Shown piece by piece: positions 40,442-55,770 of a DNA stretch of 64,000 bases. Position numbers and translations under genes: made by a program. Origin of the DNA: the human T2T-CHM13v2.0 reference genome, Homo sapiens; assembly GCF_009914755.1 (NCBI RefSeq), contig NC_060928.1. One strand, given 5' to 3'. The notes beneath the pieces are model-generated. The model was given only the letters and a program-made list of their open reading frames with translations. It did not search any database and had not been told where the DNA came from. Each line of letters begins with the position of its first letter. Within the stretch, counting starts at the first letter, position 1.

Positions 40442-42010
40442 GACAAAGTGTTCATTCAGGAAATAATATGGTCCTAATATAACATGTGGATAACAAGTGC
40501 ATTTTGGGTAATAATTATTATTTATATCATTTACAGTCTAACTAAAGGTAGATTCAGATATGTAAAGGCAAACAGAGAAAATACAATATATCATATTTAA
40601 AACCTCTACAATGTATTCAAAATGTATCGGCCAAAAGAAAAGACACTACTATTTGGTGTACCTAAAAATAAATACTGCACTCAGTAAAAAAGATATTGTG
40701 TTAAGTAGAAATCAGAAATAACTATGCAGGAAACAATGCATGCTTTTGGTAGATAAAGTAAAGTAAGTGTAAAAATTTAACAAAATTAAACAATGAGCAT
40801 CTTAATCTCTGGAAGGTGATGTAATGACTGAGACCTTTATTTTGTGTTTATATGAATTCAGAAAGCTCTATTTTGAGGAAACTATCATCTAACTGAAAAA
40901 TGCCTATTTTAGCATAGATTAATTACATAGGAATGTCAAGTAAAACCCATGCAAGTTTCTTTGTGAAAACCAAATATATCTCAGCTGTAAGTCATCACAA
41001 GCATTCTGATGTTCCGCAATCAATCTCAGGAGAAGATTTTTGAAATAATGTTTTTCTTTCAAATGCTAAAAAATCTAATTAAATGGATGTAAATTTTTAT
41101 GTTTATTTATTATAATCTCTTACAACATGGCACGTACTTTTTTAGATTTGTATTTGTGAGTCCTAATTTGTCAAAACATGACTTCTTTAGTTTTACGGCC
41201 TTTAGCAATTTCACTTATAACACATTCATAGTCTGATTCTCCTTGAGCCCTCATGAATCTTGATTTTACAGCATAAGCACAAATGCAATAGAACATGGTT
41301 CTCATTTAAATTACGTGAAATTGATATTGTGCTGCATTCAGATGTCATAAGAAAGAATGTATCTGGTCATGGCAGGGCTGTCAGAGACAATGGAGACTGA
41401 AGCCCTTAAGAAAGAATGCTCTGTACTTTACCTTCGCATGAACTTCAGAATCCTTTCCAGAGAGAATTCTGATACTGTCACGGTACTTCTAACACTGGAT
41501 TTTATTACAAGCCATAATGCAGCCTTCATAATGTAAATTCACCTACCCTATTGAAAGTACAGATGTTTTTAAATAATCTATTCTTGCTAGAGATCAAGAG
41601 TTTATTTTACATGAGAGTGGCATTAAACTACTTTCTTCTGGGTCTTAGAAAACCATTTGCTTCCTACTTATTCCCTGATGACATTAATATATCTATCATT
41701 TCACAAGATAGAGAATCAAACTGTGTAAATGTGAACAGTTTTCCAGAGATTAACAATTTGTATAGTTAATTCAGGGGTGGGGGGAAGCCTGTCAAAATCG
41801 TCCTTTGAAGTCATTCAAAATGCTGCAAAAGAGTTGGATTCTATATTGCTGTTTCGCTTCTGTTCTCAGAAAGTGATAATTAGTTAGAAATACTGTTCAT
41901 TTAGAAGAACAGGATTTGGGATTTCTAAGACTAAGGCCAAAAATTTACTCTGAAGTGTCTTCTAGTAATTTCTTCTTTAAGTCCATCCTCAATCCTATTA
42001 TATCTAGTTC

Positions 42011-42079
42011 TTAATATGTTAACCATATTACTTTACTGATGGTTAACCCATCAATAAAGTAATATGGTTAACATATTAA
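42011..42079. repeat. 69-bp near-perfect inverted repeat (hairpin / cruciform)
   Basis: 42011-42035 is the exact reverse complement of 42055-42079. One mismatch, six further pairs, then a 5-nt loop TTAAC. Confidence 0.95.
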
Positions 42080-42374
42080 AAAATTGGATGTATTTTCAGT
42101 TCTGGTTATAAGCAGAGTAACCCATCCAAAACTGCTTACAATGTGGTAAAAAAAAAAAAAGTAGGAATCACTAGAATCTAAATAAGCTTTACTATCAGGA
42201 TTAAAATATAACTGAAATATCAACTATATTGTTATACAATAACAATATAAGTGCCGATGTCTGTACAATATATTTATAACTGAAGAGTATTTATTTGTCA
42301 GGTACAAAATAGTGCTCTGTGAAATACCAAATAAATTGTTTTATGGACATTATTCCTAGTAAGGACAACTGAGC

Positions 42375-42565
42375 TATAGGGATTTAAATTTTAAACAAGT
42401 GTCTGAATCCTAGTTATGGTACTTAATATCTAGATAAGTAACAATGATCAAGTTATTTAATACACTTCATTCCAAATCTCTCATTTATAAAACAGGGAAA
42501 ATAGAGAATCAATAAAAAGGAACTAACACAGTGCCCAAAATAAAATGTGTATTTAATATTTGATA
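42375..42565 (+). mobile_element. MIR
   Basis: CAAGTTATTTAA...TCTCTCATTTATAAAACAGGGAAAATAG...AACACAGTGCCC. Confidence 0.6.
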
Positions 42566-44279
42566 GCTACAAATACTGTATTACAACAAAATTATACCAT
42601 TACAACTTTCTCTGTTTCTAGGAAAGTGAAATAGGCTTATGAGGTTTATCTAACACTGCTCAAGGAAGGCGGACCTGACTATCTTCCACGTATGAGAATT
42701 ACTGTACTAGAAGGGCATATTCTCTAGCACAGTAGGGAAATTCTTCCAGCTCCATGGCATGGAAGAACTATCTCTCGAAACATGTAGTTCTCAAAATGCA
42801 TGTTAGAATCACCTGAGGATCTTTTTGGTCAAGCTTCACATGCTTCTTAGTGTATATTATTTTAAAAAACTATATTTAGATTTGGGTGAGAATGAAGCAC
42901 ACATATTATCTCTCCAGGTGAATCTGAAGTTTGATCCATCCCCAAATCAATTCCATTTGCTACCCTCAGCTCACAGCGTCTGTATCCCTTTACTCTAGTG
43001 CTGTGTTTGGACAGATTCTGATTATGAATTCGTTTCTCTGTGATCTTGATAACATAAAGGGTTGTGGGAGACAGAAGAACATGAATATTCTGGGCAAATA
43101 TATATCCCCTTCAATGAATTAATTAATTAATTGAAATCTGCTTTATAAGTCATTATCTTGTTCATTAATCAGCATGATTCAGTCTCCTCAGACCAAATCC
43201 ATTCTGGCTATATCTGTAAACCCGGTTTCAACCTTGAAACACTGTGGACCAGATCTTGGCTAGTGATGATTGCACAGTGTTATCCCATATTATTAGGCTT
43301 TGTTCAAGTTGAAATCTCACTTGTTTGTTCTCCCTGATTTTTCTGCTATTTCTGCATGTAATAAAGTTAAGAATGGATTAGTTAGATGGGGGTTCCAAGT
43401 CATTTTCAAGATATGGTGATTTTCCAGTAAAGACAAAACAACTGAGCTTTAAAATTCATTTGACATAAGTGTTTAGGGTGGGTAACATTTTTTTTGAAGG
43501 GTGTATATGCCTATTTTGGCCTTAAGGTATTTAGATCTCAGACATAGTGAAGACCATAGAAGACTATTTATTTATGTATGCATTTACTCATTTAGTAGTT
43601 CATTGCAGTTTTACTATCAGTACTGAAATGTAGTTTTAACCCAAATATGAGTATTCTAAAGATTTTACTTTTAATCTAATTTTGCACAGTATTTTTTTAA
43701 AATAAGGGCACTTAAAAGTTACTAAAAGAGAAGAGAGTCCATTGTCAAATTTAGTCAAGATTCCATCAATCCATTTAACCAGCACACTAAAAGTGTTTTT
43801 CTACATTTCACATATAATTGGGCACATTAAATTTATGTTCAATATTTATGCCAATTTAGTCACAGTAATACAGAAAATGCTTTTAAAATCTATAATATTG
43901 CATAGTAGGTAGACTTCTCCAACACAGAATTTCTACAGATTGTATATTATGAATAAAGTTTTACAGAATCAGTTTGGTATTGAGTAGTAGTATACAAAAG
44001 CTGTCTTAACCTTGCTAACTTTGGAGAACAATGTATTTGAAATCAGTATCAAAGCAGAATTAATATCATTTTTATTTTTTATTCAGTCTATTAATCCCTT
44101 CATATATTTTATGAACATTTATAACATTGAGGATTTTAGTCATTTCCCTTACAGTTTTGAATGTAGTGTCAGGCACGGAAAATATCCAGCTCTCCCCTTA
44201 TTCTGCAATTCTGAGCTGAGAGCTTATATTAGGTTTCTCATTTCTCTTTCACACCTTTTGTCAGTAGACGGCACTCACG

Positions 44280-44660
44280 TTAGGAGGGCAATATTTAAAA
44301 GTGGTACTGAGCATGAAATACTGGTGTCAATGTTCAACTCTGCTTTTATTACTGAGTAAACTTGAATATGTGATTATATCACTCCATGCTTCCATTTCCT
44401 CATCTGAAAAGAAAGCAGATTGTAACAAAGGACAATATTTTTGAGTACTTACCGTGTGCTAACATAGTGTTAAGCAATTCATGTAGGAATTGGTTTCCAT
44501 TTAATTCACCCCAATTAATACGGGGGATGGGTAATATCTTTTTTTAAAGAAAAGGAAACAAGCGTTCTGAGATATTAATAAACTTATCAGAAATAGTACC
44601 ACTAGATAGTAGCAATGTTGATTTCAAATAAATCTTCTTAAATTCTAAATTCATACAGTT
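44280..44660. mobile_element. Two MIR fragments in opposite orientations
   Basis: ATTTCCTCATCTGAAAA on the + strand, then TTTTGAGTACTTACCGTGTGCTAACATAGTGTTAAGC (antisense). Confidence 0.6.
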
Positions 44661-45089
44661 CTACTAATAATATCTACCTCAGTGATATTATTAGTGATTA
44701 TAAAAATTATTTTATAAAATATAAAGCAATATAAAAGTGGTAGAAATTATTGGCATTGATAGTACCCTTAACCCCTCAAGACTCATGTATGTGAACCAGA
44801 TATTTATCAGCACTCAAATTTAAAGTAAGATAAAAATTCTCTACCCAAGATGTAGTGCCTTTAGAAGGGCTGGAAATCGATTTGAATTATTTCTAGCAAT
44901 AAGTAGAAAATTTGGACAACATTTAAGTTAGGTAGAAAGATGTTATAAACGGTTAAGATTATGTATTTTAAATCATATAAAATTAAAGTACCTATGATAT
45001 ATATTTTTACTGTTTCTTATCCAAACATTAAGAGAACAGTTGTATGAATGGTGTATATACACTACATATGTATGCGTTTTAAAAAAGCA

Positions 45090-45355
45090 AGATACAAATT
45101 ATAGATACTCTGTATCTACAACACAGACTACAGATACTCTGTATCTACAACACAGACTACAGATACTCTGTATCTACAACACAGACTATAGATACTCTGT
45201 ATCTATAATACAGATTATAGATACTCCATAATACAAATTGGAGTATTATATACAATATATAAAATAAAAATTATAGATACAGATATAGATATCTATATCT
45301 ATAATACAAATTGTAGATACTCTGTATCTATAATACAAATTATAGATACTCTATA
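45090..45355. repeat. 29-bp minisatellite (AGATACTCTGTATCTACAACACAGACTAC)n
   Basis: Units start at 45103, 45132, 45161, 45190 and 45219, and again at 45315 and 45344. Confidence 0.93.
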
Positions 45356-45408
45356 TGATAGGTTTTGTGAGATATATGTTTGTGCCTATTTCTTATGCAT
45401 ATATATGT

Positions 45409-45799
45409 TGATATGGTTTGGCTGTGTCCCCATCCAAATCTCATTTTGAATTGTAGTTCCCTTAATCCCCACGTGTCCTGGGAGGGACCCAGTGGGAGGT
45501 AACTGAATCATAGGGGCAGTTAACCCCATGCTGCTATTCTCGTGATACTGGTGATAGTGGGTGAGTTTTCAGCACATCTAATGATTTTATAAGGGCCTTT
45601 TACCCCTTTGATGGTTCCCATTCTTCTCTCTCCTGCCACCATGTGAAGAAGGATGTGTTTACTTCCCCTTCAGCCACGATTATAAGTTTCCTGAGGCTTC
45701 CCCAGCCATGAGGAATTGTGAGGCAATTAAACCTCTTTTCTTTATAATTTACCTAGTCTCGGGTATTTCTTCATAGCAGCATGGGAATGGACTAATATA
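45409..45799 (+). mobile_element. THE1 (THE1C-like) MaLR solo LTR
   Basis: TGATATGGTTTGGCTGTGTCCCC...GGACTAATATA; 5-bp TSD TATGT (45404-45408, 45800-45804). Confidence 0.92.
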
Positions 45800-47083
45800 T
45801 ATGTATATTACATATTTTATATAATTGATCTATCAGTCTATATATGTTATAAGCATGGGCAAGAAACGAGAAGAATCCACTCTAAATAGATGATTCTTCT
45901 TGGATATTGATATGTTAGGACATTTTCATTTCCTCTTTATGAGTATATCTCAGTCTCCTGTGCATTTCAAATCCAGCATAATTACTCATTAAATAGGAAA
46001 ATACTCTAAATATTTTTAGTAAAAAGTTATCTAGTACAAAATTTTTTACCCTTATTATAAGCAGGATAACAGTTGGCACTCACTTAATGAAAATGAGCCT
46101 TTTTAATTTAACATAATAATGTAATTTACAGTAGCTTAAATAACAAGAATATACATTTCCTATTTTTGTTCATTTACTATTTAGCTTTTATATTGGTCTT
46201 ATGTTAGAAATTTTGGTAAATATAGGATTTTGTTTTAATTCTAAAGAAAGGTAAAGAGATTGCTTCATTGATTACTAATCACGGCATTAGTTTAGTTAAA
46301 TACGAAATGGTCTTTCAAAAACATTTTCTAAAATGATGGATTTAGATAACACATGATGTTATCAGAATACTCAGAAAAGATAAATAATTGCATTGCCAAC
46401 CTCCAATAAGAGTTTGTAAATATGAAATTATGAGTGTACTAGATGGACAGAGACAGCAAACACTTCAAAAATATTTTACATACTGTAGACTGAAATAGAA
46501 GTTTGAGCATTATAGGGAACTTTGTAACTACTGACTACAATAGAATTTGGGGAATCAATCCTTTTGGTGTCAAATTATTTTCATACCTGATTTAAAGAAT
46601 AGCATTCTGTGAATTCTTTTAAATTAATTTTGCTTATATTTTTTTGTGCTTTAATTTTATTTCTACCTGTGTTTTTATTTACATATGGTGTGATAATTGC
46701 TCTCACACCAAATTGTTTAACTGAAATTAATATAAACACTGAGAGGTGGGACATGCCATTATATTCCCTCCATTAAAGGAGGGGGCTGAGGAGGCTATTT
46801 ACATTTTCTTTGTCATCCAGTGCTCTCAAGTAAACATTTCAGATATTCCATGTTTAGCCTGATTAAATCCTTCTAATTTTGACAGTTTGAAACAAATGCT
46901 TTTAATAAAATGCACATCTTCCAGGGTATGTGTTAATGATTATGGTTAGCTATTCAGACAAAGAGAAACAGGGAAGGTAACTGAGATTAATTTCCTAAGG
47001 AGGGATAAGAAAGTTTTCTTAGGAAATCCTAAATGTGAGCTCATAGTACCTCAACCTGAAAATTTAGTTTAAAATTATTAAAA

Positions 47084-48400
<1,317 letters not shown>

Positions 48401-48519
48401 AAGGAATACAGTACTTTGCAATGAAAGTTTTAGATCTGACAATTAATCCAAGCTCCTATGTATCTTCCTTTTTTACAAATACTATTACCCTTTGGTAAGA
48501 CTTAAAAACAAAGACAGAA

Positions 48520-49350
48520 AAAAAGTGATGGTTTAGAAACATCATGGATTTGTTTTTAGACCTGTTGTGCATTGGGTATCTTTGGAAGATTCATGTGTAA
48601 ATGCCAGGTACACATTTGTATCCAGGGATCCAAAACTTATGGGAGATGTCTGGGCTGAAGATGAAATACATAATCAATGTGCATATTAATGTTTACTGGA
48701 ATCATGGGTATGATTGAGATTACCCCAGGTTAGCATGTAAAATTAAAAGGAAGTAATCTAGGACTGAGCACGAGAAACTCCAACTCACAGGAATTTTTCC
48801 TGTGAGCTGAAAATTTGAATTCAGTTTTGTAAAGTGACTTTTACTTCTAACAGGATAAAATTTCTTTATAAATTCACAATACTTTTTGGATTCACTTAAC
48901 TTTTAATTTTCAAAAAGAGAAGTAACATTTTCTAGCAGTACTTGATGGCATTTTTTAAAGTTATCTGCTGGGGAAGCATGAAAGATAGTTTATACATTTT
49001 GAAGATTGCAGAGTTAAGTGGTAAAAATTGGATCATAATAGCCACCATGTTATTTGTTGATTTTTAAAATGCATTCAACCTATATTCACTAAAGCCTTTC
49101 TAGGTATTTGCTTTGGATCTTCATGAAGCTTACACAGCAGTGGGGGAGCCAGAAAATAAACAAATATGATACAATGTTATAAAGAAAATAGCCATAAGAT
49201 GAAAGAGTGGAACAGTGTGCCATCTTAGATTCAGGTATTCTAAATCTCCAAAAAGGTAACAGTAAGCGGAGACATAAGTGAAAGCGAATAGGAAGTCTCA
49301 CAGATATCCAAAAGGAAAGCATTTCATATAATCTTAGCATGCTCAGGAAC
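48520..49350 (-). mobile_element. L2 fragments
   Basis: GGGAGATGTCTGGGCTGAAGATG, TAGGACTGAGC and ATGCATTCAACCTATATTCACTAAAG antisense L2 motifs. Confidence 0.55.
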
Positions 49351-52300
49351 ATGGGGTACAATGATCAAGGTAGAGGGTGTAATTCTACCTTAGTAAAAGG
49401 AATTAAACTAAATATGAAGAAATAAGGCAATAGTATTATCCGTCTGGAGGGCATTGGTAATCAGGTAGAAAAAGAGATGTCACTGTTTTTTTTAAACCAT
49501 AGATCAAGTTGAATTGTTGGTTATTAAATTGTCATAGGAGGTCTATTTAGGTGGATGAGCAGAGATATGAAGACACAAAAACAAAAAAACTCCTATTTAT
49601 AATAAAGGATAATGGTTTCTGAAATCATAATTATATAGAGGTTTAGATCACATTATTGTATTTCTCTATCAAAATGTAAATCTAAATTTCTTCCCCTCAG
49701 TGTGATATTCAGCCAAACAATGCTCTAGATCCCATAAAACTCCTGGAATTAGATGTAAATATAGAGTATTACATTATCGGAAATCATTAGACAAATCAAT
49801 GAACCTTAATTGTATTAATAAAATATGTTAAAGAATTAATCCATGGTTCATTTATTATTTCTTCGAGGAAATTTGCCATATCTACATTTCATAGTATTTT
49901 CCAAAATTAAGCATTGGCACCCCTGGAATTCCCAAACTACCGTATCAGGGAAGGAAGAGTAGTTCTTTGTCATTTATAGGTCACTTTGCAGCCTTGACCA
50001 CCCAAGTTTAGTAGATGTCAACTACAGGATGGTCTAGCTGAAAATTCTACAACAGGATATCAGGTCTGTAAATTAGATGGACTTCAGAGAATTTATTTTT
50101 TTCTTTGTAAAAAGTGCCATGTTCTTGCCATTATTTTTAAACTTGAGCTCTTTAGCATCTCTTTCAAGGGTATGCCATCTATTTCTTATTACCCTGCCTT
50201 ATTTACTCATACTTATCTTTCATTACTGTCTGTGCAGAAGTTCCATTCCTGACCCACTAAATGGTTGTTTTCCTATTAATTTGTTTTGAATATGTGTTCC
50301 TGACTTTTGTGTATGTCTTTGCTATACATGGGAATCAATCCTTCACCCCTACCCCACTATGCTGTCCTTCCAACTTTAAAATATCTATTTAAAACCTTCT
50401 GGTCAGTGCACTGCTTTTTAACAATTACTGAATTTTATCTCTCTTAGCGCTTAAATACATAGTTTCCTTTACAGGCATTTTGCAAATTTTATATCCCATA
50501 TTTGAATATGTATTGCCTTGTATTTCTCACTGATGTGAAAATTTCAATTACTCTTAATATTCTTCATAAGACATAATACAATACTATTCACCAATCAAGA
50601 AATAGCAAAACATCAATCTTTTTTGGTTGATCACTGGATAGTAGCTTGTTTTTCTAACTAATCTATTCACATTTGGTAACGAGTAGATTTCTAAAATTTG
50701 ATAGCATTTAGGTATATATTTTTCTAGTCTTCAGATAAGGAAAAGAAAAATGTATACAGTTTAATTTTTATCTGTGATACTGAAATATAGGCACACTAAA
50801 AATTTGCCATCATATAGTCTTAAAATGTGTAGCAATGCAGAGGCTAATCTGATTGAAAAACACTGCAGGGTGATAGGCCTTAACATGTGCAAATTGTCTA
50901 AGAGGATAAGTCCCTAGTTAGTTGGGATCTCAAAACATTCCTGGAAACAGGCATCATAAATAATGACATGCCTTCTTGATCTATCGATGAATACTTTCAT
51001 TCTTTCCTTTGAATAGTAAATCATGTTGAAAAAACATCTAAGTTTAAACATGTTAGGGTATATTCTGAGATGACAATACATTGTCAGCACATTTACAGAT
51101 GCTATTATTAGAGTAAGTGGATGATTGATGAAAAGAAGTACTGACCTAGAGTTACAATTTTTTTTATAAAGGTTATACCAAACCCCAGGCAACTGCATTC
51201 AGTATTCATAGAGTCACCGTGCTTAGTCGCTTTATCTGTTTACACAAATATAATAGCATTTGATAGATGGTGTGGATTTTTTTGCACAGTAGTATAACGA
51301 ATAAGGGAAATCATAATTATCTTTTTAAATTATTAATGGCTGAATTTATGCTGTCACTACTTCCAACTACCTAACGGTATTGAAGTGATGTACGATCACC
51401 TGAAAAGCACTTTGCTATTCAAAAACAATATATTATGCCTTCCTAAAAATCTCACATCAAAGACTTATTAAGTATGGAGTATCATAGAAAGGTAAAAAGA
51501 ATAAGCTGTACAGAGTTCAAATAAAATAAAACTTGTAAAACAAATGAGTAAATTAACTGCGTCCACTTATTGTAACTGGTTAAATTAGAAAGAATAACAT
51601 GGAATTGAATGGGTATATAGTATAATTTATGTTCAAGACTGCATGTACAGTAGCATAATATATAAATATTCTAAACACAAATATAATTAAATCTACAAAT
51701 AGGAACTATTGATGTGGTGCATAGAGACTTTGTGGTAGATTGATAATATTCCCTTGCAACTACTTAAGAGAGAAAATGAGGAACAGTAATTTTACTTGGG
51801 CTAGTAGCTGCTGATATTGCCTATTTTAATATTTAATTGTCATTGCTCTTGAATGGTATTGAGCTTATGATATTCTACTAAAAATACATTTTTCCCTTGA
51901 CAGAAAAATTCTACCAAAATAAATACAGTATTATCTAACTAAAAAGAGAAAAAAACCATGTTCTTTAATGTTGAATGGTGTTTCTGTGTTAATAGTCATC
52001 TGTCTCATAATTTGTCTTCTCTTTTTTATATTTAATTCATTTGTTCTATGCATTAGAGTGTATACATGTGTGCATATGCATGTGCATGCATGAGCAAGAG
52101 GAGAGAGATGGACCCTAAGTGGCAAAGAAGTATATTTTACTTTCCATCTCACTGTCTTATATCTTACTAGTGAAAAGCTAGTTGTTTCCCATGTATCCCT
52201 TAATATTTGCCATAATACATTTGCAGAATCCTTTTAATCTGCCAAATGATTGAATGTATAGAAATTTAGTCTTTGCCCAGTAGGATATTGCAATAACATT

Positions 52301-53454
52301 CTTAAGGCTGCTGATATTAAATGCATGGTTTAAATAACTTTGTATCACAGTCATCTTGATCTGTATTTTAATTCATTACATGTTGCTTTGTGATTTGATT
52401 GCGCTTGTGAAATAACCTCTGGAATGTTGTGAGAGTGTTTGTAAATGGTTTATTTCCTTCTCTTTTATCTCTGAATACCTATTGCATCTGGGAGATTACC
52501 TACTAGCATGAGTAACATAGTATTTAAGCTTCAGGATGAAATCATTTGATGCAAGAAAAAAATTATTTAACAATATATTTAAAAACATTATACTAAATAA
52601 GAAAGAAAAAATCCTAAAAAAAGGAATTTAAAAATTCTTACTCTCTTTTATCTTTGGAGTTTATATTTACAAACTTCAAATTACCATGTGAAAACTAAAA
52701 AAATAAAGGCATATCTAGAACAGTGTTATGTATGCACACCACATATTTAACAAATGTTTATTAATGATAATAAATCCTAAATATATAAAAAGTCTTTAGT
52801 ATTGAAAGAAAGATATTTTCTGCACTATGTATAAAACATTTTATTTTCTGTGCACTATAGATTTAAAAAAATAATTCTTTAGTATCAGTACCCTGAAATT
52901 TATCTTCTGAAGGCCTTCCCATACAGAGACAAATATTTATCGATTCTGTGATTTAAGCATAGGCCAATGTATTCAACGCTATTTCCCACTGGCTTTATTG
53001 AATTGTACAATGTATTATATCTTTCACATTATTACTACATATTACTTTTCCTAGAGGAATACATCAGCCTGTAGACTTTCAATTACTCCCCATTATCTAT
53101 GAAATATCTCCACACGATATTTTTTATTCCTTCGAGAAAAGCTACCTAAAGTATAGCTCAATAATTACCCTCTAACTTTCGTAAACTTCCCTTTGTTACT
53201 GAGTTCCCTTTCTCTGTAGGTTGTTGCTTCCCAATGTTCCAGAATGTAGGGAGTCATAATTTTTTAATCAATTTATACACTTTTGCTTTCAACCAAACAG
53301 TAAGTTCCATCTAAATCAACAAAATTTCTGCTTGTAGAAACAAATGTTCTTGAAAGGAGAATAATATTCAGTGTTTTTGAAAACCCCATGTAATAATTTA
53401 TCTCAATCCCCGTTTTCCTATTTTAATCAATTTTAATAAAAATCGAGAAAGAAG

Positions 53455-53749
53455 GGCCAGGCATGGTGGCTCATGCCTGTAATCCCATCACATTGGGAGG
53501 CTGAGGAGGGAATACCACTTGAGTCCAGGAGTTCAAGACCAGTCTGGGCAACACAGGGAACTTTGTCTGTACAAAAAATTCAAAAAATTAGCCTAGCATG
53601 GTGGAGCGTGCCTGTAGTCCCAGCCACTAGGTAACTGAGGTGGGAGGATGGCTTTAGTCCAGAAGGTCAAGGCTACAGTGAGCCATGATAATGCTACTAC
53701 ACTCTAAACTGGGTGAAAGAGTGTGACTCTGTCTAAAAAAAAAAAAAAA
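53455..53749 (+). mobile_element. AluJ
   Basis: GGCCAGGCATGGTGGCTCATGCC...GTCAAGGCTACAGTGAGCCATG and poly(A). Confidence 0.92.
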
Positions 53750-54399
53750 TCAGGAAAAAAGAATATTTTATGACATGGTTATCCTTAGTAAATTCAAGAA
53801 TATTCAGGAAAAAAACACAAGATATTGACATTGATATAATTTTAATAGGAAGTGAGTTTTAGAATTGTTAAAGAAAATTAGTAGATGAAAATATTAATGA
53901 AACTTATAGAGGCTAAAATTTTTAAAAATCTTACTTGGGTGGCGTAATTATCTGTTCATGCAGGTAATTGACATCATCCAGAAAAAAATTACAAAAGCAA
54001 TAAAATGATATTTATAATATTAATGCAATTATGTAAAAATATTTAAGAAAAATACCACACACCTTTGAAATACATTTAAATACACAAATCACTAAATAGA
54101 ATGCATACTGTTGTGCATTTTCCAAATAATTAGTATTGGATGATATTCCAGGGAGTCCTAGAGACTAAAATTAAAAATGATTGCTTGCTTCATGTTTGTA
54201 GAAGTTTCCCAATTACACATATGCCTACATCTTTGAATCAGTAAACATAACAATAGCACCCAGATAATTTTATTTTTACACACTTATCACACCTACAAAT
54301 ATTGCCAAACATGTTTCTTCAGTAAGAAGTAAAATAGATCCAAGGTCTTTTAGTATCAGTGTTGATTCATTTTAGTACTTTACCATTTTTTCATTCAGT

Positions 54400-55770
54400 A
54401 ACTATTCACTGGGGCCCCATTATGTGTTGAAAGGAGGGGATGCACTGATTTCAGCATGCTCCTCACATGTGACTCTAATTCTACCACAACCACTACCTTT
54501 ATTGCTGTTTCCAGGTAGATGCTTCCCCCTTTTCTAAGATAATTCAGCTTCTCTAAAATGCATGACTTCAGACACCTTGTCAACTATCTGTGCTCACTGC
54601 AGACATTCACTATTCTTCCTATTATGCTCTCTCTTCATGAAAACATTAGAATCTTGTTTTCTGGTTTTTTATCCATTATGATTCCTGCCTTATGGTGATT
54701 TTAATAGTCATTCTGATTCTCTAAGCACTCCGGTCTTTCAGTTCCTTGACTTCCACATCTCTGATGTCCTTATTCTTTGACTTTTTTCACCTGCCTACCC
54801 TATATCCATACCTTAGGCATTATCAATAATAGAACTTCATCCAGGGCTCAATTAAGTGCAATCCTCTCTCTGATAACCACTTCCTCTCTTTGTAACTAAT
54901 TTCATTTAATATCACCCTGTTATAAAACTTGGACCCCAGGAGGGATGATCCCACTCACTCCCCTCATATTATCATTTACATCCTTAATTAGCTGTGATTT
55001 CATGGTGTTTGCATGATGATCACCATTTTGCATTCCATCTCACCACTCTTGGCTTTATTCTCCCTCTGCTGTACTGATATTTTAAGATTATTTGTAACAT
55101 GGCAAGAGCTGACTACTACATTCACCAGGCTCTGTTGTTCAGCAGCCATAATTATTCTTCTGAGAAACAATTCAGATCATATTGCATCATTACCTAAAGC
55201 ATACAGTGCATTTTAAGTACATTTGAAATAAAATACAAAATGTTGCAAATGAATAATGGAATCTACATAATCTGGCCCCTAGTTTCCCTTTGCCTACACT
55301 ACCTGTGGCTTTCTGTCTTCCTCACCATGCTCCAGCTATACTGGTCTACTCATTGGCCTTTGAAAATATGATGCTGCCTCTTCCTTTCAGGGCTTTTGTT
55401 AGGTTGTTCTCTCTTCTTAGACCACTCTATTCTAGGTATTCACATACTCCCCTGTGATTTAGATTGCTGCTCAAATGTAACCTTCTTGAGAAGGTCTTCG
55501 CTAGACAATCTATTTTAAATTGCACTTGCTTTCCATTCTATTTTCTATCCTGATTTTTTTTGTATTGCACTTATCACTTCATGGCATTCTATTGCAATAA
55601 CTATATCGTTAATGTATTGTTTCCATTACTCTAAAATGCAAGCTCTAAGAGGTCCTAGACTTTTTTGTTTGTTTGTTTTTTTGTTTTGTATTCACTGCTG
55701 CATTTCTAATGCCTGGTATTTAGTGTGTGTCCATATTATCCTCATGCTATTCATTTGTTGAATGAATAGC
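54400..55770 (+). mobile_element. L2 (L2a-like), long 3' portion
   Basis: TGGTGATTTTAATAGTCAT, CTCTCTCTGATAACCACTTCCTC and GCTCAAATGTAACCTTCT; terminus TTTGTTGAATGAAT. Confidence 0.75.

Noticed and set aside
42605-42695. Possible 68-nt + strand exon (good acceptor ctttctctgtttctag)
   Set aside because: Donor CAC/gtatga is weak and there is no partner exon or recognisable peptide.
45103-45355. CRISPR-like array (29-bp period with palindromic core)
   Set aside because: Head-to-tail units without unique spacers, eukaryotic context and no cas genes.
52058-52092. Alternating purine-pyrimidine run (also ~13535-13580)
   Set aside because: Short, AT/CA-rich and common; weak Z-DNA candidate.
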